From Ptychomitrium polyphyllum (Eukaryota), in assembly GCA_973851085.1 (NCBI GenBank), contig OZ316776.1, forward strand, positions 1,612,001-1,676,000: a stretch of DNA of 64,000 bases. The letters run 5' to 3'. Of the stretch, positions 63,713-64,000 are shown in pieces (within the stretch, counting starts at the first letter, position 1; each line of letters opens with the position of its first letter). Below the pieces are notes generated by a model, which ran no database searches, was not told the origin of the DNA, and saw only the letters and a program-made list of their open reading frames with translations. The position numbers were made by a program, and so were the translations under genes.

Positions 63713-64000
63713 TAAGTCCAATCTACGTATCTGATCCCTCATAACTTTAGTGTGATTGGATATGAGCACCAATGTTATTTCTCATAACCCAAGTTGTAGG
63801 CTCAAAAGCAATCTCACCAACTCATAACGGTGATGTGGCAGCAAGATAAGGTTGTCTCCCAAATTCAGGGCACTTACCACTAAAATCAAACTTAAGCGGA
63901 TACACGATAATCAAACAGGTCAAGATAACTAACATGCCATTGAGCAATTCAAAGAAACACTTAAATTTCCATAGAATGTTGGGAGAGATCTGATGCAATT

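Overview
Eukaryotic, intron-rich land-plant DNA. It is most likely a moss, inferred from the moss-type short-linker metallothionein, the DYE-type Raf-like kinase and the gene structures. I found no rRNA, tRNA, CRISPR or intact transposase. Apparently intact spliced genes: a Yip1-domain protein (-), a DRG1-type GTPase (+), a 47-aa metallothionein missed by the ORF track (-), an intronless TKL/Raf-like kinase (+), a DHHC S-acyltransferase with a GC-AG first intron (-), a very large U-box/ARM protein (-), a CIB/BPE-type bHLH (+) and a DUF1639 protein (+). Five disrupted genes lie among them: NTF2/SnoaL-like, RPB10, a secreted Cys-containing protein, the plastid DEAD-box helicase RH3 and RPL9. Other structure includes an AT-rich block at about 40-47.5 kb, a 54-bp minisatellite that reads as an 18-aa repeat, a ~183-bp triplication, a ~150-bp-arm foldback and direct repeats flanking the RPL9 copy. 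The most notable observations are a U-box that keeps a complete RING zinc site 1 (a RING/U-box hybrid), a templated-insertion scar in the RH3 pseudogene, and the high pseudogene density. Exon coordinates were read by eye and may be off by a few bases. Family assignments come from recalled motifs, not database searches.
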